Below, one piece after another: positions 19,437 through 29,827 of a stretch of DNA of 64,000 nucleotides. A program made the position numbers and the translations under genes. The DNA lies in assembly GCA_020854825.1 (NCBI GenBank), contig JAHKLY010000001.1:192001-256000 (forward strand), in the 5' to 3' direction. Within the stretch, counting starts at the first letter, position 1. Every line of letters starts with the position of its first letter. The stretch is from Candidatus Micrarchaeota archaeon. GTDB taxonomy: Archaea; Micrarchaeota; Micrarchaeia; Anstonellales; JAHKLY01. The notes under the pieces were generated by a model. That model saw only the letters and a program-made list of their open reading frames with translations. It did no database searches and was not told where the DNA came from.

Positions 19437-21191
19437 TTAAAATATTTTCATAACAGTTAGATCAGTTATTTCTTTTAAAAGTTTTTTTTCATCTTCTGTT
19501 AAATCATCCGAAAAATTCGTTTTTATTATACGTGCTGTTTCTCTATTTATGTTAGTATATAAAATATCTTCTTCATTAAAGTCTTTCCCTGCAATTGGTT
19601 TTTCCATTGAAACAGCAACTTGCATTCCTTTTAAAGCTTCTTTAACACTTTCTCCTTTGTTTTGTATTGCTTTTATTTCTCCTAATAATTCTCCTTTAGA
19701 GTTTATTATTTTAAATCCTGTTTTTATTTTTCCTCCTAAAATTTCCACACCAAAAACCGCAGGTTTACTAACTCTGAAAATATGATTTCTTAAAATTTGT
19801 ATTTTAGCTGGCCAAATTAATCCTTTCATTACTAGTTCTTTATCTCTTTGTTTTTCTTTTTCAACCCAGTCTTTATATTTATCGATTAAATCATAAACTA
19901 TATTACTTTCAAAAATAATTATTTCATCTTCTTTTGCATATTCTTTTGCATCTTCATTTATTGAAACATTAAATCCTAAAACAGCTCCTAAATATTTATC
20001 CATATTTTTCACAGCTTTTGCTCCTATTATATCAGTTTTTGTTATTTTGCCTATTCCTGCTTGTTTTATATTTATGTTTTCTCCTTTTAACATTTTTATT
20101 AAAGCTTCTGTTGAACCTAAAGTATCAGTTTTAACTATTACTCCTGCACCTTCTGATTCAAATAAAACTTTTTTTAATTGTTCTTCAATTTCTTTTGTTT
20201 GTTTTTCTTCATTTTCAAGTATCAAGAAAGGAGATCCAGGTATTGCATCTTCTAAATCTGGTGCAAATATTTTAAATCCAGATGCAGCGTGAACTTCGTC
20301 AACATAAATAAATTTGTCTTTAATATTTTGTCCTGGCAAAGTTGGTTTTAGAATTCCCCTTATTTTTGTTTTTTTAACTCCTTTTAATGTCCCAAATAAA
20401 AAATCATCTCCTTTTTTTACTGTTCCGTCGTATATTATTACATCAATAGTTGTTCCTAATCCTTTTTCTTCTTTAACTTCTAAGATTGAGCCTTTACCTT
20501 TTCCTTTAACTTCAATGTTTAAGTTTTTTTCCAAGTATTTCTGGCTTATGCCTGAAATGTATAATAATAATTCTGCTAATCCTTCTCCTGTTTTGGCGCT
20601 CATGGGAACTATTAATATTTGTTTTGTCATTTCTTGTATTCTGTCAAATCTTTCAGTATCAAATCCATACTCATACATTTTTCCGACTACTTCATAAATT
20701 TTATTATCTAATAGTTCTTTTGTATATTCTGATTGCTGTTTTAAACTGTCCATAAAACAAAAACTAGTTTTAGAAGTCCATCCTTGTAATAAATCTATCT
20801 TATTTGCTGCTATTATAAAAGGAGTTTTATTTTGTTTTAATATTTTTATACTTTCAATTGTTTGTGGCTGTATTCCTTGATTAATATCAATAACTAGGAC
20901 AGCTAAATCCGCTAAACTTCCCCCACGTTCTCTTAAAGATGTAAAAGCTTCATGTCCTGGTGTGTCTATGAATAAAATTCCAGGTAATTTAATTTCTAAG
21001 TTCATTTTTTCTAATTGATTTTTACAAATAGTTAATAAAACTTCTTTTGGGACTTCACTTGCAGATGTATGTTGTGTGATCGCGCCAGCTTCTTTTGAAG
21101 CTACTACTGTATTTCTAATTTTATCCAAAATAGAAGTTTTTCCATGATCTACATGACCCACGAATACACAGATACTTTGTCTTAATGCCAT
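19437..21191 (-). CDS. infB: Translation initiation factor IF-2 (aIF5B)
   Basis: GHVDHGKT, EAGAITQH, DTPGHEAF, NKID, DTLGSTEAL. Confidence 0.96.
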   Translation of the reverse strand: MALRQSICVFVGHVDHGKTSILDKIRNTVVASKEAGAITQHTSASEVPKEVLLTICKNQLEKMNLEIKLPGILFIDTPGHEAFTSLRERGGSLADLAVLVIDINQGIQPQTIESIKILKQNKTPFIIAANKIDLLQGWTSKTSFCFMDSLKQQSEYTKELLDNKIYEVVGKMYEYGFDTERFDRIQEMTKQILIVPMSAKTGEGLAELLLYISGISQKYLEKNLNIEVKGKGKGSILEVKEEKGLGTTIDVIIYDGTVKKGDDFLFGTLKGVKKTKIRGILKPTLPGQNIKDKFIYVDEVHAASGFKIFAPDLEDAIPGSPFLILENEEKQTKEIEEQLKKVLFESEGAGVIVKTDTLGSTEALIKMLKGENINIKQAGIGKITKTDIIGAKAVKNMDKYLGAVLGFNVSINEDAKEYAKEDEIIIFESNIVYDLIDKYKDWVEKEKQRDKELVMKGLIWPAKIQILRNHIFRVSKPAVFGVEILGGKIKTGFKIINSKGELLGEIKAIQNKGESVKEALKGMQVAVSMEKPIAGKDFNEEDILYTNINRETARIIKTNFSDDLTEDEKKLLKEITDLTVMKIF

Positions 21192-21370
21192 TTTAATTAC
21201 CTGAATTACTCATTAATAATAGTCATTAATTAATAAATTTTATATTAAAGTTTTAATATCAAAGAATATTTAAGCATTAGTCTTTGAATTTAAGTACTAT
21301 ATGAGTTTTTAATACTCTTAATGCATAATTTCTTGAATTAACGATTTTTTATTTATGTGTTTTTATCCGT

Positions 21371-22603
21371 TTAAATTATTGAATAGAAAATATGGAAAGG
21401 CATTTTTATTATATCTTCTTTTTTGATTATGTCTACTCCTTCATATATGATTATTTTATATAATTTGGTATTTATTTCTTTAAATTGTTTAAATGTTTTA
21501 TTTTTTGAACCAATTTCAATAAGATATTCGTCAAAAACAAAATCAATAGTTTCATGATAGAATATTTTTTCAAAATTAGCTACAAATATATCTTCTCTCA
21601 TAGTTCCTTTTAGTTCAGATTCTGGTATTGACATTTTTTTTGTATATAATTCACGTATTATAGGTATTGTAAAATAATATTTCCATTGTTTTCTTGCTAC
21701 TGTTTTTCCTTTTTTATAAGGATAAACACGTTTTATTATTTCAACTTTTTCTAACAAATCTAACATTTCAGAGACAACACTTTTTGATATTCCTAAATCT
21801 TTTGCTATTGTTTCGTAACTGGTTTTTGTAGATACAGAAAGGATCAAAATAAGTCGTTCAAATTTAGATAAAGTTGAAGTTTCAATATTTCTAATTTTTG
21901 CAATATCTGAAAAAATTGCTTTTTCTACAAGATCTGCTAATGTTGATTTATCATTTTCAAGAAGGTATGGAGAATTAGTTTGTATATATTCATTAATAAG
22001 TTTTAATATATCCCATTCTTTAAGTTTATTTTGGATATAAATATCATAATGCATTGAGCTTCTTAATAGGTCTTCTGTATTTAATTTGAATTTATCCAGT
22101 AATATGTTATATTTTAAATATATAAATTCTCTAAAACTTAACATAGGTATTGATATGTAGATTGCTCTTCGTGCTAATAATTTTTTTGATTCTAAAAGAT
22201 TAATTGAAGAAGAGCCACTTATATAAAATAACATTTTAGGATATTTATCATATGCTATTTTTATTTGTTCATCCCAATTAGAAATAGCATTTATTTCATC
22301 TAAAAAAATTACTGCATTTTGACCTATAATTCTTTCTGTTTCTTTTATCGCATCTAAGATATTTATTCTTAAAATAGATAGTTCTTCTCCGTGCAAATAT
22401 ATTCTATTATCTTCATTTGTTTCAAGATATTTTTGGAACATTAAAGTTGTTTTTCCACTTCCTCTCATACCATATAAAATAATCATTCTTCCCTTGAGTT
22501 CATTATATATAAACCGTTTTTTATATTCTTTGTATGATTGGCTTGTTTTTTCATATTCTAATTTAGAATTTCTAATGAATTGTGTAATATTTGGTTTTTC
22601 CAT
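21371..22603 (-). CDS. AAA_14 ATPase with wHTH/DUF4143-like C-terminus
   Basis: Walker A GMRGSGKT, Walker B IFLDEI, SGSSS, LSFREF; start taken at MEKPN, 22 nt below the TATA box. Confidence 0.85.
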   Translation of the reverse strand: MEKPNITQFIRNSKLEYEKTSQSYKEYKKRFIYNELKGRMIILYGMRGSGKTTLMFQKYLETNEDNRIYLHGEELSILRINILDAIKETERIIGQNAVIFLDEINAISNWDEQIKIAYDKYPKMLFYISGSSSINLLESKKLLARRAIYISIPMLSFREFIYLKYNILLDKFKLNTEDLLRSSMHYDIYIQNKLKEWDILKLINEYIQTNSPYLLENDKSTLADLVEKAIFSDIAKIRNIETSTLSKFERLILILSVSTKTSYETIAKDLGISKSVVSEMLDLLEKVEIIKRVYPYKKGKTVARKQWKYYFTIPIIRELYTKKMSIPESELKGTMREDIFVANFEKIFYHETIDFVFDEYLIEIGSKNKTFKQFKEINTKLYKIIIYEGVDIIKKEDIIKMPFHIFYSII

Positions 22604-22635
22604 ATAATTAGTTTGATTCATTAGGTATTTAAATG

Positions 22636-22770
22636 TTTGTTCTTTTGAACGAACAAAAGTAGTTGTTTTTGTTCTTTTGAACGAACAATTAATCAAAAAA
22701 TAGATAAAATAAACTTATTTGTTCTTTTGAACGAACAAAAGTAGTTATTTTTGTTCTTTTGAACGAACAA
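22636..22770. repeat. Four copies of the 21-bp palindromic unit TTTGTTCTTTTGAACGAACAA
   Basis: Copies start at 22636, 22668, 22718 and 22750 (spacing 32/50/32); internal dyad TTGTTC-N8-GAACAA. Confidence 0.95.
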
Positions 22771-22799
22771 ATTTTCTATTAAACCAGTTTAAGTACAGA

Positions 22800-23152
22800 C
22801 TAAGATAATTTAATTGTTTTATCTATTTTCACTAAAATTGCGCCTTTAGAAGGAAGACTTTTATTCCCGGGCATATTTTTTACAAAATCTTTCCATTTTC
22901 CTTGCTCAAAATACTGCGCTTTACCAATTAATTTAATGCCTTCTTCTCCTTTTTAAACAGCTAGACAAACATTAGTATTTTCTTTTATGTTTTTTTTGTT
23001 TGTACCATAAAATTATCAGTTATTATTAATTCATTATCTGAAATAACTCTAACTTCAGCTACTGCAATAACATTAGGATTTCCATGTTTATCTGCAGTTG
23101 CAAATGCTAATGGGTTTTTTTCAATCAATTTTTTTTGATCAGAGTTTATCAT
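22800..23152 (-). pseudogene. Pyridoxamine 5'-phosphate oxidase-like FMN-binding protein pseudogene
   Basis: MINSDQKKLIEKNPLAFATADKHGNPNVI...ITDNFM; frameshift in an A8 run near 22990 and in-frame TAA near 22953; frame resumes GIKLIGKAQYFEQGKW...KGAILV. Confidence 0.8.
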
Positions 23153-23157
23153 TTTTA

Positions 23158-24462
23158 TCACTCATAATAAACTATTCTTTTGCCAATTCCCCATTTTTTA
23201 ATTGCAGCGCCTAATTCTTTGTGTTCTTTTGCATATTCTAAAATATCTTGTTTTTTCATAAATGAATCTATTGCTTGGCGCATTGCTTTAGCGCCTGATC
23301 TAACTCCATTTGGGTGGCCTGCAACTCCTCCGCCTGCTTGTAAAAATAGGTCGGTTCCGCCCCTGTTTATTGTTTCAGGTATAACTCCTGGATATAATCC
23401 ACCTGAAGAAACAGGCATTACATATTTAATGTTATGCCAATTTTGTTCTAAAACATGTTCTTTATCATTTTCATCTATTCTTTTTTTAACTAATGCGTCT
23501 CGTATGTTCAATTCTTCTTTATATTCACTTCTCATTTTTCCCATCCCAAATGTTCCAATATGTAATGAATCAGAGCCGATTAATCTGGCTATTTTTGCAA
23601 CAGCAAGCATTGTCATCCCATTTCTTGGATTATGTGTAAACATCCCATGTCCTGCTCTATGTGCATGAACTATTAGATTAGGGTGATGATTTCTCAAAGT
23701 TTCAAATCCTGCCCATCCGCATGTTAAAATATCTATCATAGTTATTCTTCCTCCATGATCATTTATAAATTGTGCCCTTCTTAGCATTTCATTAGATTCA
23801 GCAGACACATTGCAAACATATAATTTTTTCTCTCCTGTTTCACTTTCTACTTTATCTCTCATTTCTAAAGTTCTTATTACTCTTTCTTCAAATTTATTAA
23901 ATTTCATATCTGTTAAGTTTTCATCATCTTTTACTAAATCTAATCCTCCACTCCATGCTTCATATGCATATTGTGCGTGTCCTTTAGCAGTTCTTCCAAC
24001 TTTTGGTTTTACAATTGTACCACAAAAAGGTCTTTTTTTGATTTTAGCAATTTTTCTTATACCTTCAATTCCATGTTCTGGTCCTTTAAATGATTTTATG
24101 ATATCTTTTGGAAATGAAATATCTAATAATCTTAAGTTTTTCAATTCTTTCATTCCAAAAATATTTCCTGCTATTGCACTCATTATTTGTGACATATTTC
24201 CAGTTTCAAATAATCCAGAAGGATAAGCAATTTTTATTGTTTTATCTTTTGTATTAATATAAAATATATGTGGAGTTATTTTTTTTCTTAATGCTGGTGA
24301 AATACCCCCAACATCTGTCCATGTTCCGATTGATGATTCAGCAGTTATGTGTTCTGCTGCTTCTTTCAAAGTTAATTGTTTTTTTAATTTCCCTGGCTCA
24401 ACATAAAATTTGCATATTAAATCATTTTCTTTTGGTTTGTATTTTAAATTTGTAAAGCCCAT
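23158..24462 (-). CDS. rbcL: RuBisCO form III large subunit
   Basis: AESSIGTW, GNIFGMK, TIVKPKVG, GGLDLVKDDEN, HAHRA, HIGT...GKM, SSGGL, GGGVAGHP. Confidence 0.95.
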   Translation of the reverse strand: MGFTNLKYKPKENDLICKFYVEPGKLKKQLTLKEAAEHITAESSIGTWTDVGGISPALRKKITPHIFYINTKDKTIKIAYPSGLFETGNMSQIMSAIAGNIFGMKELKNLRLLDISFPKDIIKSFKGPEHGIEGIRKIAKIKKRPFCGTIVKPKVGRTAKGHAQYAYEAWSGGLDLVKDDENLTDMKFNKFEERVIRTLEMRDKVESETGEKKLYVCNVSAESNEMLRRAQFINDHGGRITMIDILTCGWAGFETLRNHHPNLIVHAHRAGHGMFTHNPRNGMTMLAVAKIARLIGSDSLHIGTFGMGKMRSEYKEELNIRDALVKKRIDENDKEHVLEQNWHNIKYVMPVSSGGLYPGVIPETINRGGTDLFLQAGGGVAGHPNGVRSGAKAMRQAIDSFMKKQDILEYAKEHKELGAAIKKWGIGKRIVYYE

Positions 24463-24554
24463 AAATATCACCTTAGTAATATATTTTATTAAGCTTTTTA
24501 TTAGTTTGTGTTTGTTTTAAATAGAAATATAAATATATTACTTAAAATTAAATT

Positions 24555-25877
24555 GTGGAAATTACTTTTTATGGTGGAGCGCAGGAAGTTGGAAGAAGTT
24601 GTATTAATGTTCTTTCTAAAACAAAACAAATAATGCTTGACTGCGGCATAAAATTAGGGGATCCGATTGAATATCCAATAATTCCTAAAAAAGATTTTAA
24701 ACGCATTAAATATATTGTTCCTACTCATACACATCTAGACCATATAGGATATTTACCTCACATTATACAAAGGTCAAAAAGTGCTAAGATTTATGCTACA
24801 AAACCAACAAGGGATCTAATGCAGTTATTATTATCTGATTATCAAAGACTACAAGAAAAAAAAGAGTTTTCAACAAAAGATGTTGAAAAAGTTTTAGAAA
24901 AAACACAACAAGTAGAATATAAAGAAAAAATAAAATCAAAAGGAATGTTTTCCTTCATTTTATATAATTCTGGACATATTTTGGGGGGAGCAATGGTTAA
25001 AGTAGAGGATAAATGTGATTTATTATATACTGGTGATTTAAATTTAAGAGAAACAAAAATAACTGAAGGTGCTCAACTAGGAATTAAAGCAAAAAATTTA
25101 ATTTTAGAATCAACTTATGGGGGAAAAACTGATAAATTACCTTCTTTAAAAATAGCATCTCAAAATTTAATTGAATCAATTAAAGAAACTTTAATTGCAG
25201 GAGGGTATGTTTTAATTCCAACATTTGCTGTTGGGAGAGGACAAAACATAATGATGGTTATTGAAAGTTATATGAGATCTGGAGCTTTACCTAAGGTGCC
25301 TATTTACACAGATGGCATGGTGAATAGGGCAAATAGGATTTATAGGCATAATGTTATTTATGCAAAAGAAGAAATTAAAATGAGAATTTTAATGAGTGAT
25401 GAAGATCCATTCAAAAGTCCTTTTTATAAAATACCACAAACAAGAGATAGAAGTGATGTTTTATCAGAACCTTGTATTATTTTATCAACATCTGGTATGC
25501 TAACTGGTGGCCCAGTTTTAACTTATTTACAAAAATTAATTGAAGATCCTAAAAATAAATTGATTATTGTTGGTTATCAAGTAGACGGTTCATTAGGTAG
25601 AAAATTGATAGATGGGGAAAAATATGTTGAGTTAGGACATGGAGAAGATAAAAAAGAATATGAAGTTAGAATGAAAGTTGAAACTGTTCCATTTTCAGGA
25701 CATTCTGATCATGATGAATTAGTTAAATTCACTAAATCTATTAAAGGATTAAAAAAAGTATTTTTAATGCATGGTGAACCAAGAAAAATTGATGAGTTAG
25801 CGCAGGATATTCAAAAACATCTTAAACAAGTTGAAATAATAATTCCAAAAAATGAAGAATCATTTAAAATTGATTAA
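24555..25877 (+). CDS. Beta-CASP metallo-beta-lactamase ribonuclease (aCPSF-like, no KH domains)
   Basis: GGAQEVGRS, THTHLDH, GHILG, ESTYG, TSGMLTGG, FSGHSD, HGE. Confidence 0.92.
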   Translation: MEITFYGGAQEVGRSCINVLSKTKQIMLDCGIKLGDPIEYPIIPKKDFKRIKYIVPTHTHLDHIGYLPHIIQRSKSAKIYATKPTRDLMQLLLSDYQRLQEKKEFSTKDVEKVLEKTQQVEYKEKIKSKGMFSFILYNSGHILGGAMVKVEDKCDLLYTGDLNLRETKITEGAQLGIKAKNLILESTYGGKTDKLPSLKIASQNLIESIKETLIAGGYVLIPTFAVGRGQNIMMVIESYMRSGALPKVPIYTDGMVNRANRIYRHNVIYAKEEIKMRILMSDEDPFKSPFYKIPQTRDRSDVLSEPCIILSTSGMLTGGPVLTYLQKLIEDPKNKLIIVGYQVDGSLGRKLIDGEKYVELGHGEDKKEYEVRMKVETVPFSGHSDHDELVKFTKSIKGLKKVFLMHGEPRKIDELAQDIQKHLKQVEIIIPKNEESFKID

Positions 25878-27273
25878 ATAAGATATCACAAAAGATCCAT
25901 TCAGCACTTAATCCTAAACTTGAATTTCCTTCTCCTGCTGAACCTAATATTCCAAATTTTAAATGTTCATTTCCAGCAGAAATTGATCCAAAGTATCTAT
26001 TGTCTCTTGTTTGTAAAACTAAATCTACCTCAAATTTATCTTTATTTCCAATAGTTAAATCAGTTCTAATAACAGGACTTAAAACATAATATGTATATTT
26101 GGGATTTTTTTCTATTTTTCCATTTGCTCCGATTTGGATTGTTAATATTTCTGGAAATTGTAAAAATACTGTTGCCCCTCCATGGATTTCTTCCCAGTTT
26201 GTAATAGTTATGAATTTGCTATCTGCATACATAGTTCCTAATCCCAGAAAGTATTTTCCATTTCCAAAATTGGCATTTTGAAAAACTAATTTAAAACCTA
26301 ATTCTCCTCTTGATCTTGGTTTTATTTTTATTTTTTCAGTATCTTCTTTATAGTTTATTGTTTCGTCTCTATCTCTGTATTTTAAATTTTGATCTAATCC
26401 TGCAATAGCTGTAAAATATGTTTGCAAAGGAGTTATTTCAAATTGAAATTCACCTCTTAAATTTGTACATATAGTTGTTCCTATAAATTCATTTATAATA
26501 TCTTTAAATATTATATTTTCAGAAATTGGTTTGTAAATTGTTATTCCTGCATCTAAAGTTGCTTTTTCAAAAACTATTCCTTTATATTTTGGTTTTGAAC
26601 CATCTGGACATAATGCTTCTGGATTTATTGTTCCTCTTAGAAAATATGAATTTGTTGGTTGCATAATAATGTCTGATTTTTCCTCGTTTATTGTTATAAT
26701 TAAAGAAGAAACTAAAGGTTCTATCCCAAGATTATGGATTCTTTCACCAGTAACTGGATCTCTTCCAAATATTTCTAAAAATGCTTGTCTCATGTTTATT
26801 TCATTATTACTTAATTTATTTATTATTTGGTTAGCTTGATTAACATAGATATTATCTATTCTAGATAATAAAGGAATAATTCCTTTTTGTATTTCTAATA
26901 TAAAATTATTTTTGATATTTAAATTATTTGCAAAAAAAACATAATTGGCTGAATAACTTGCCATATTTTTTGAAGAATTTAGCAAATTATCTATTAAGGG
27001 CCCTACAAAACTATTCAAATCAGAACCAACCCCAACAAATTCAATACCTTCTGTTAATTCTAATATGTTTTCTTTATTTTGTCCTCTGTCATTCAATTCA
27101 ATATCTAATTTTTTAATATCTACTTGAGAACTTGAAGTATTTGAATAATACGAATTATTTATATATTGTGCATTAGTAGTTTTGGGCATTATTCCTTTTA
27201 ATAATGCAAAACCCATTCCAGTATACAACATAATGTTTCCAATAATCTTTATAGTTTTATTTTTAAGTTTCAT
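25864..27273 (-). CDS. Secreted hypothetical protein (469 aa) with beta-barrel-like C-terminus; paralogue of 29828-33733
   Basis: Signal peptide ending TNA-Q; shared FGRDP motif; amphipathic beta-strands. Confidence 0.8.
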   Translation of the reverse strand: MKLKNKTIKIIGNIMLYTGMGFALLKGIMPKTTNAQYINNSYYSNTSSSQVDIKKLDIELNDRGQNKENILELTEGIEFVGVGSDLNSFVGPLIDNLLNSSKNMASYSANYVFFANNLNIKNNFILEIQKGIIPLLSRIDNIYVNQANQIINKLSNNEINMRQAFLEIFGRDPVTGERIHNLGIEPLVSSLIITINEEKSDIIMQPTNSYFLRGTINPEALCPDGSKPKYKGIVFEKATLDAGITIYKPISENIIFKDIINEFIGTTICTNLRGEFQFEITPLQTYFTAIAGLDQNLKYRDRDETINYKEDTEKIKIKPRSRGELGFKLVFQNANFGNGKYFLGLGTMYADSKFITITNWEEIHGGATVFLQFPEILTIQIGANGKIEKNPKYTYYVLSPVIRTDLTIGNKDKFEVDLVLQTRDNRYFGSISAGNEHLKFGILGSAGEGNSSLGLSAEWIFCDILFNQF

Positions 27274-27343
27274 GTATTATTTAGTGTCTTTTTGAGTATA
27301 TAAATGTTTTGATAAAATTAAAAAAGGAAAAAACAGTTTAATT

Positions 27344-29821
27344 TTACAAATAATCTGGGCAATACCATACGAACCCACAGGTTACTGTACATTCGGCTTC
27401 TTCATACATAGGAATTCCTGTTGGATCAGTCCAATTAGCAAATATGGTGTAAGTACTTCGGTATGAATCTGCACCACAGTTCCATTTTATTCGTTTAATA
27501 TAATTAGGAGGAATTCTTGTTGATTCACTAATAGGGAAATAATTAGGAATTACACTCCCCTCCCAATTTACTCCACCTACATTTATAATTATCTCATCAC
27601 CATTATATAAAACTCCCCATTCTCCCTCTGCACTTCCTCCTTCTTCAATTTCTAAATCTGTGCAAAAGACATCTATGTCTACGGGTTCTGGAGGGACACA
27701 TTCTAATAGTATATTTACACAATTATCATCTTCTCTTGATTCCATTACATTAAATCTTGAGTCAGCACAGATAGTAAGAATATGGTCTTCTTCTTCCTCT
27801 ATTAAATATGAATATTCATGTGTTACACTTGAAAAAGGAGCAGTTAATGCAGTTGCAAAATCTATACATGTTCCCCAAGTATCTCCAAAAGGTCTTCCTG
27901 TATTCGGGGCTCTATGTGGTGCATGTAAAGGTAGATTTGGATTATTAGTATTAGGTAATGGAGGAACTGAATAATCTGTATTATCTAATTCATACCCATC
28001 TACTCTTCTTAATACAACATTTGTCCAGCTTGAATTTTCAGAACAAATTCCATTTGAATAAGTGCTAATGTTAATCGTCTGTGTTTCATTTACAATACAA
28101 GGACCCCTAAATAAAATTAATGGCCCCACATGTATTTCTTCTACGTCAGCCCTAACTCGTAAGTTAGTTTGAGACTCACAAACAATAGTTAAATTTCCAC
28201 AATTATTATTTTCGTTTATTTCCTTTACTTTATTGTAAACATCAGCACACACAGTAAAGGTAATATTCATATTAACTCCTACTGGACAAGTAAATTCATT
28301 AGTATTAATTTGACTTTGTCTGGGATTTAAATTAGGAACTTCATAATAAGCAGGCATAAAATAATGAGGTACATCTGATCTTAATATAGTGGTGGATGTA
28401 TTTTCAGTGTTTAATGAACCAATATTTGAAGTATTTATGTTAATTAAAACAAGGTCTCTTTCTCTTGCATATATAATCCCATTGCCTAAAGGACTCGTTA
28501 AACTTGCAATTAAATCAGGTCCTTGAATAATAGGAACTTCAACTTCCCATTCATTTATCGGGTCATTACAATAAGGGGAAGTAGTATCAAAATATAATAT
28601 GAAATTTATTTCGTCTCCAGGAGTATATGTTAAAGAAGCTTCTAATGTTCCTTCAACTATAAATAAAAATTCACCTGGTCCTGAACCTGGAGGAGTAATT
28701 TCTATATTATAAGGAGTATCTGGAGTAAAAATAAAGTCATGATTATTTGGTATTATGTTTGTAATATTAAATGGCATAGTAGTTCTATTTAAGAATAAAT
28801 GAATTATTACATTTTGTGTTTCTCCTGGATTTATGACAATTGGAGAGCTTCCACTTCCATCAGTCACATACACATTATTAATTTCAATTTGTGGATCTGC
28901 AACTATAAATTGATAATTTAATGTTTCACTAGGATTAAACCTGAACAAATTATCTATACAATTTGTTGATCCTTGACTAGGAAGACAATACTTTGTTATA
29001 ACTGAGTATCTACTATTTGTACATAATTGTCCATCTGCATATCTTTTAGAAAAATATAAACATTTAACTTCATCAAGATTAATATCAATAACATGTGTAC
29101 CAATTTCAGAAACTGTAAATGAATTTGAGTAATCTTCTATTGGGCCATTATAAAACAAAGCCCCATCAATATAAACTTTAAGATTTCCTTGGCAAATTAA
29201 ACTTACATTTACGCCAGAATTAGGATAATTTATTGTTTCATCTTGTTTTGGATAAAATCTTACATTTGTTAATTGATTTAAAAAATCATTAAAAGAATTA
29301 TAATAACAGCCGCTTGAAGTGGGATATACATCTGCAAAACATCCTTCACTAGTAGAATAATATCTGTTAATTCCTTCTTGATCAAAAACAATTTTTAAAT
29401 TATTTGTGGTTCCTGGGGGAGCACAACAGCTACCTGGGGCAGAAGGATTACAACCCATTCCTTGTATTCCATTTAAATCTATATGTGCAGACATTCCTAA
29501 ATACATTTGATTTGTTTGGATATTTTCATTTAGATTAACATCTATATTAACTTCACCCGCACATATAACTGCATTAATAGGTAAATCACTAGGTTCATCA
29601 CCAGAAAGAACAGTAGAACTAGTAGATATTATTTCGCTCATATATACTTGAAAAGGATTTGTTTGAATATATGTGTGAGGTCCTGATACTGGAGGAGGGC
29701 CCGGGTTTCTAATTTGATATAATTTTATTTGAGGAAAATTAAAATTTTCAGATTCAACCGCAAAAATATTGCTAATTAAAACTAATGTTAAAATTATCAC
29801 AACTGTTTTATTTACTTTCAT
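27344..29821 (-). CDS. Secreted Cys-rich surface protein with CARDB/Ig-like domains (825 aa)
   Basis: Signal peptide ending IFA; PDL...N.G...CADVYNKVKEINENNNC and CADSRFNVMESREDDNC CARDB signatures. Confidence 0.8.
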   Translation of the reverse strand: MKVNKTVVIILTLVLISNIFAVESENFNFPQIKLYQIRNPGPPPVSGPHTYIQTNPFQVYMSEIISTSSTVLSGDEPSDLPINAVICAGEVNIDVNLNENIQTNQMYLGMSAHIDLNGIQGMGCNPSAPGSCCAPPGTTNNLKIVFDQEGINRYYSTSEGCFADVYPTSSGCYYNSFNDFLNQLTNVRFYPKQDETINYPNSGVNVSLICQGNLKVYIDGALFYNGPIEDYSNSFTVSEIGTHVIDINLDEVKCLYFSKRYADGQLCTNSRYSVITKYCLPSQGSTNCIDNLFRFNPSETLNYQFIVADPQIEINNVYVTDGSGSSPIVINPGETQNVIIHLFLNRTTMPFNITNIIPNNHDFIFTPDTPYNIEITPPGSGPGEFLFIVEGTLEASLTYTPGDEINFILYFDTTSPYCNDPINEWEVEVPIIQGPDLIASLTSPLGNGIIYARERDLVLININTSNIGSLNTENTSTTILRSDVPHYFMPAYYEVPNLNPRQSQINTNEFTCPVGVNMNITFTVCADVYNKVKEINENNNCGNLTIVCESQTNLRVRADVEEIHVGPLILFRGPCIVNETQTINISTYSNGICSENSSWTNVVLRRVDGYELDNTDYSVPPLPNTNNPNLPLHAPHRAPNTGRPFGDTWGTCIDFATALTAPFSSVTHEYSYLIEEEEDHILTICADSRFNVMESREDDNCVNILLECVPPEPVDIDVFCTDLEIEEGGSAEGEWGVLYNGDEIIINVGGVNWEGSVIPNYFPISESTRIPPNYIKRIKWNCGADSYRSTYTIFANWTDPTGIPMYEEAECTVTCGFVWYCPDYL

Positions 29822-29827
29822 ATATAT

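Noticed and set aside
22636-22770. Possible mini CRISPR array
   Set aside because: Spacers are 11/29/11 bp and the two short ones are nearly identical; no cas genes; better explained as operator repeats
22952-22956. Stop-codon reassignment suggested by an in-frame TAA at a Trp-like position
   Set aside because: The same gene is also frameshifted, and TAA, TAG and TGA all end conserved genes normally in this window
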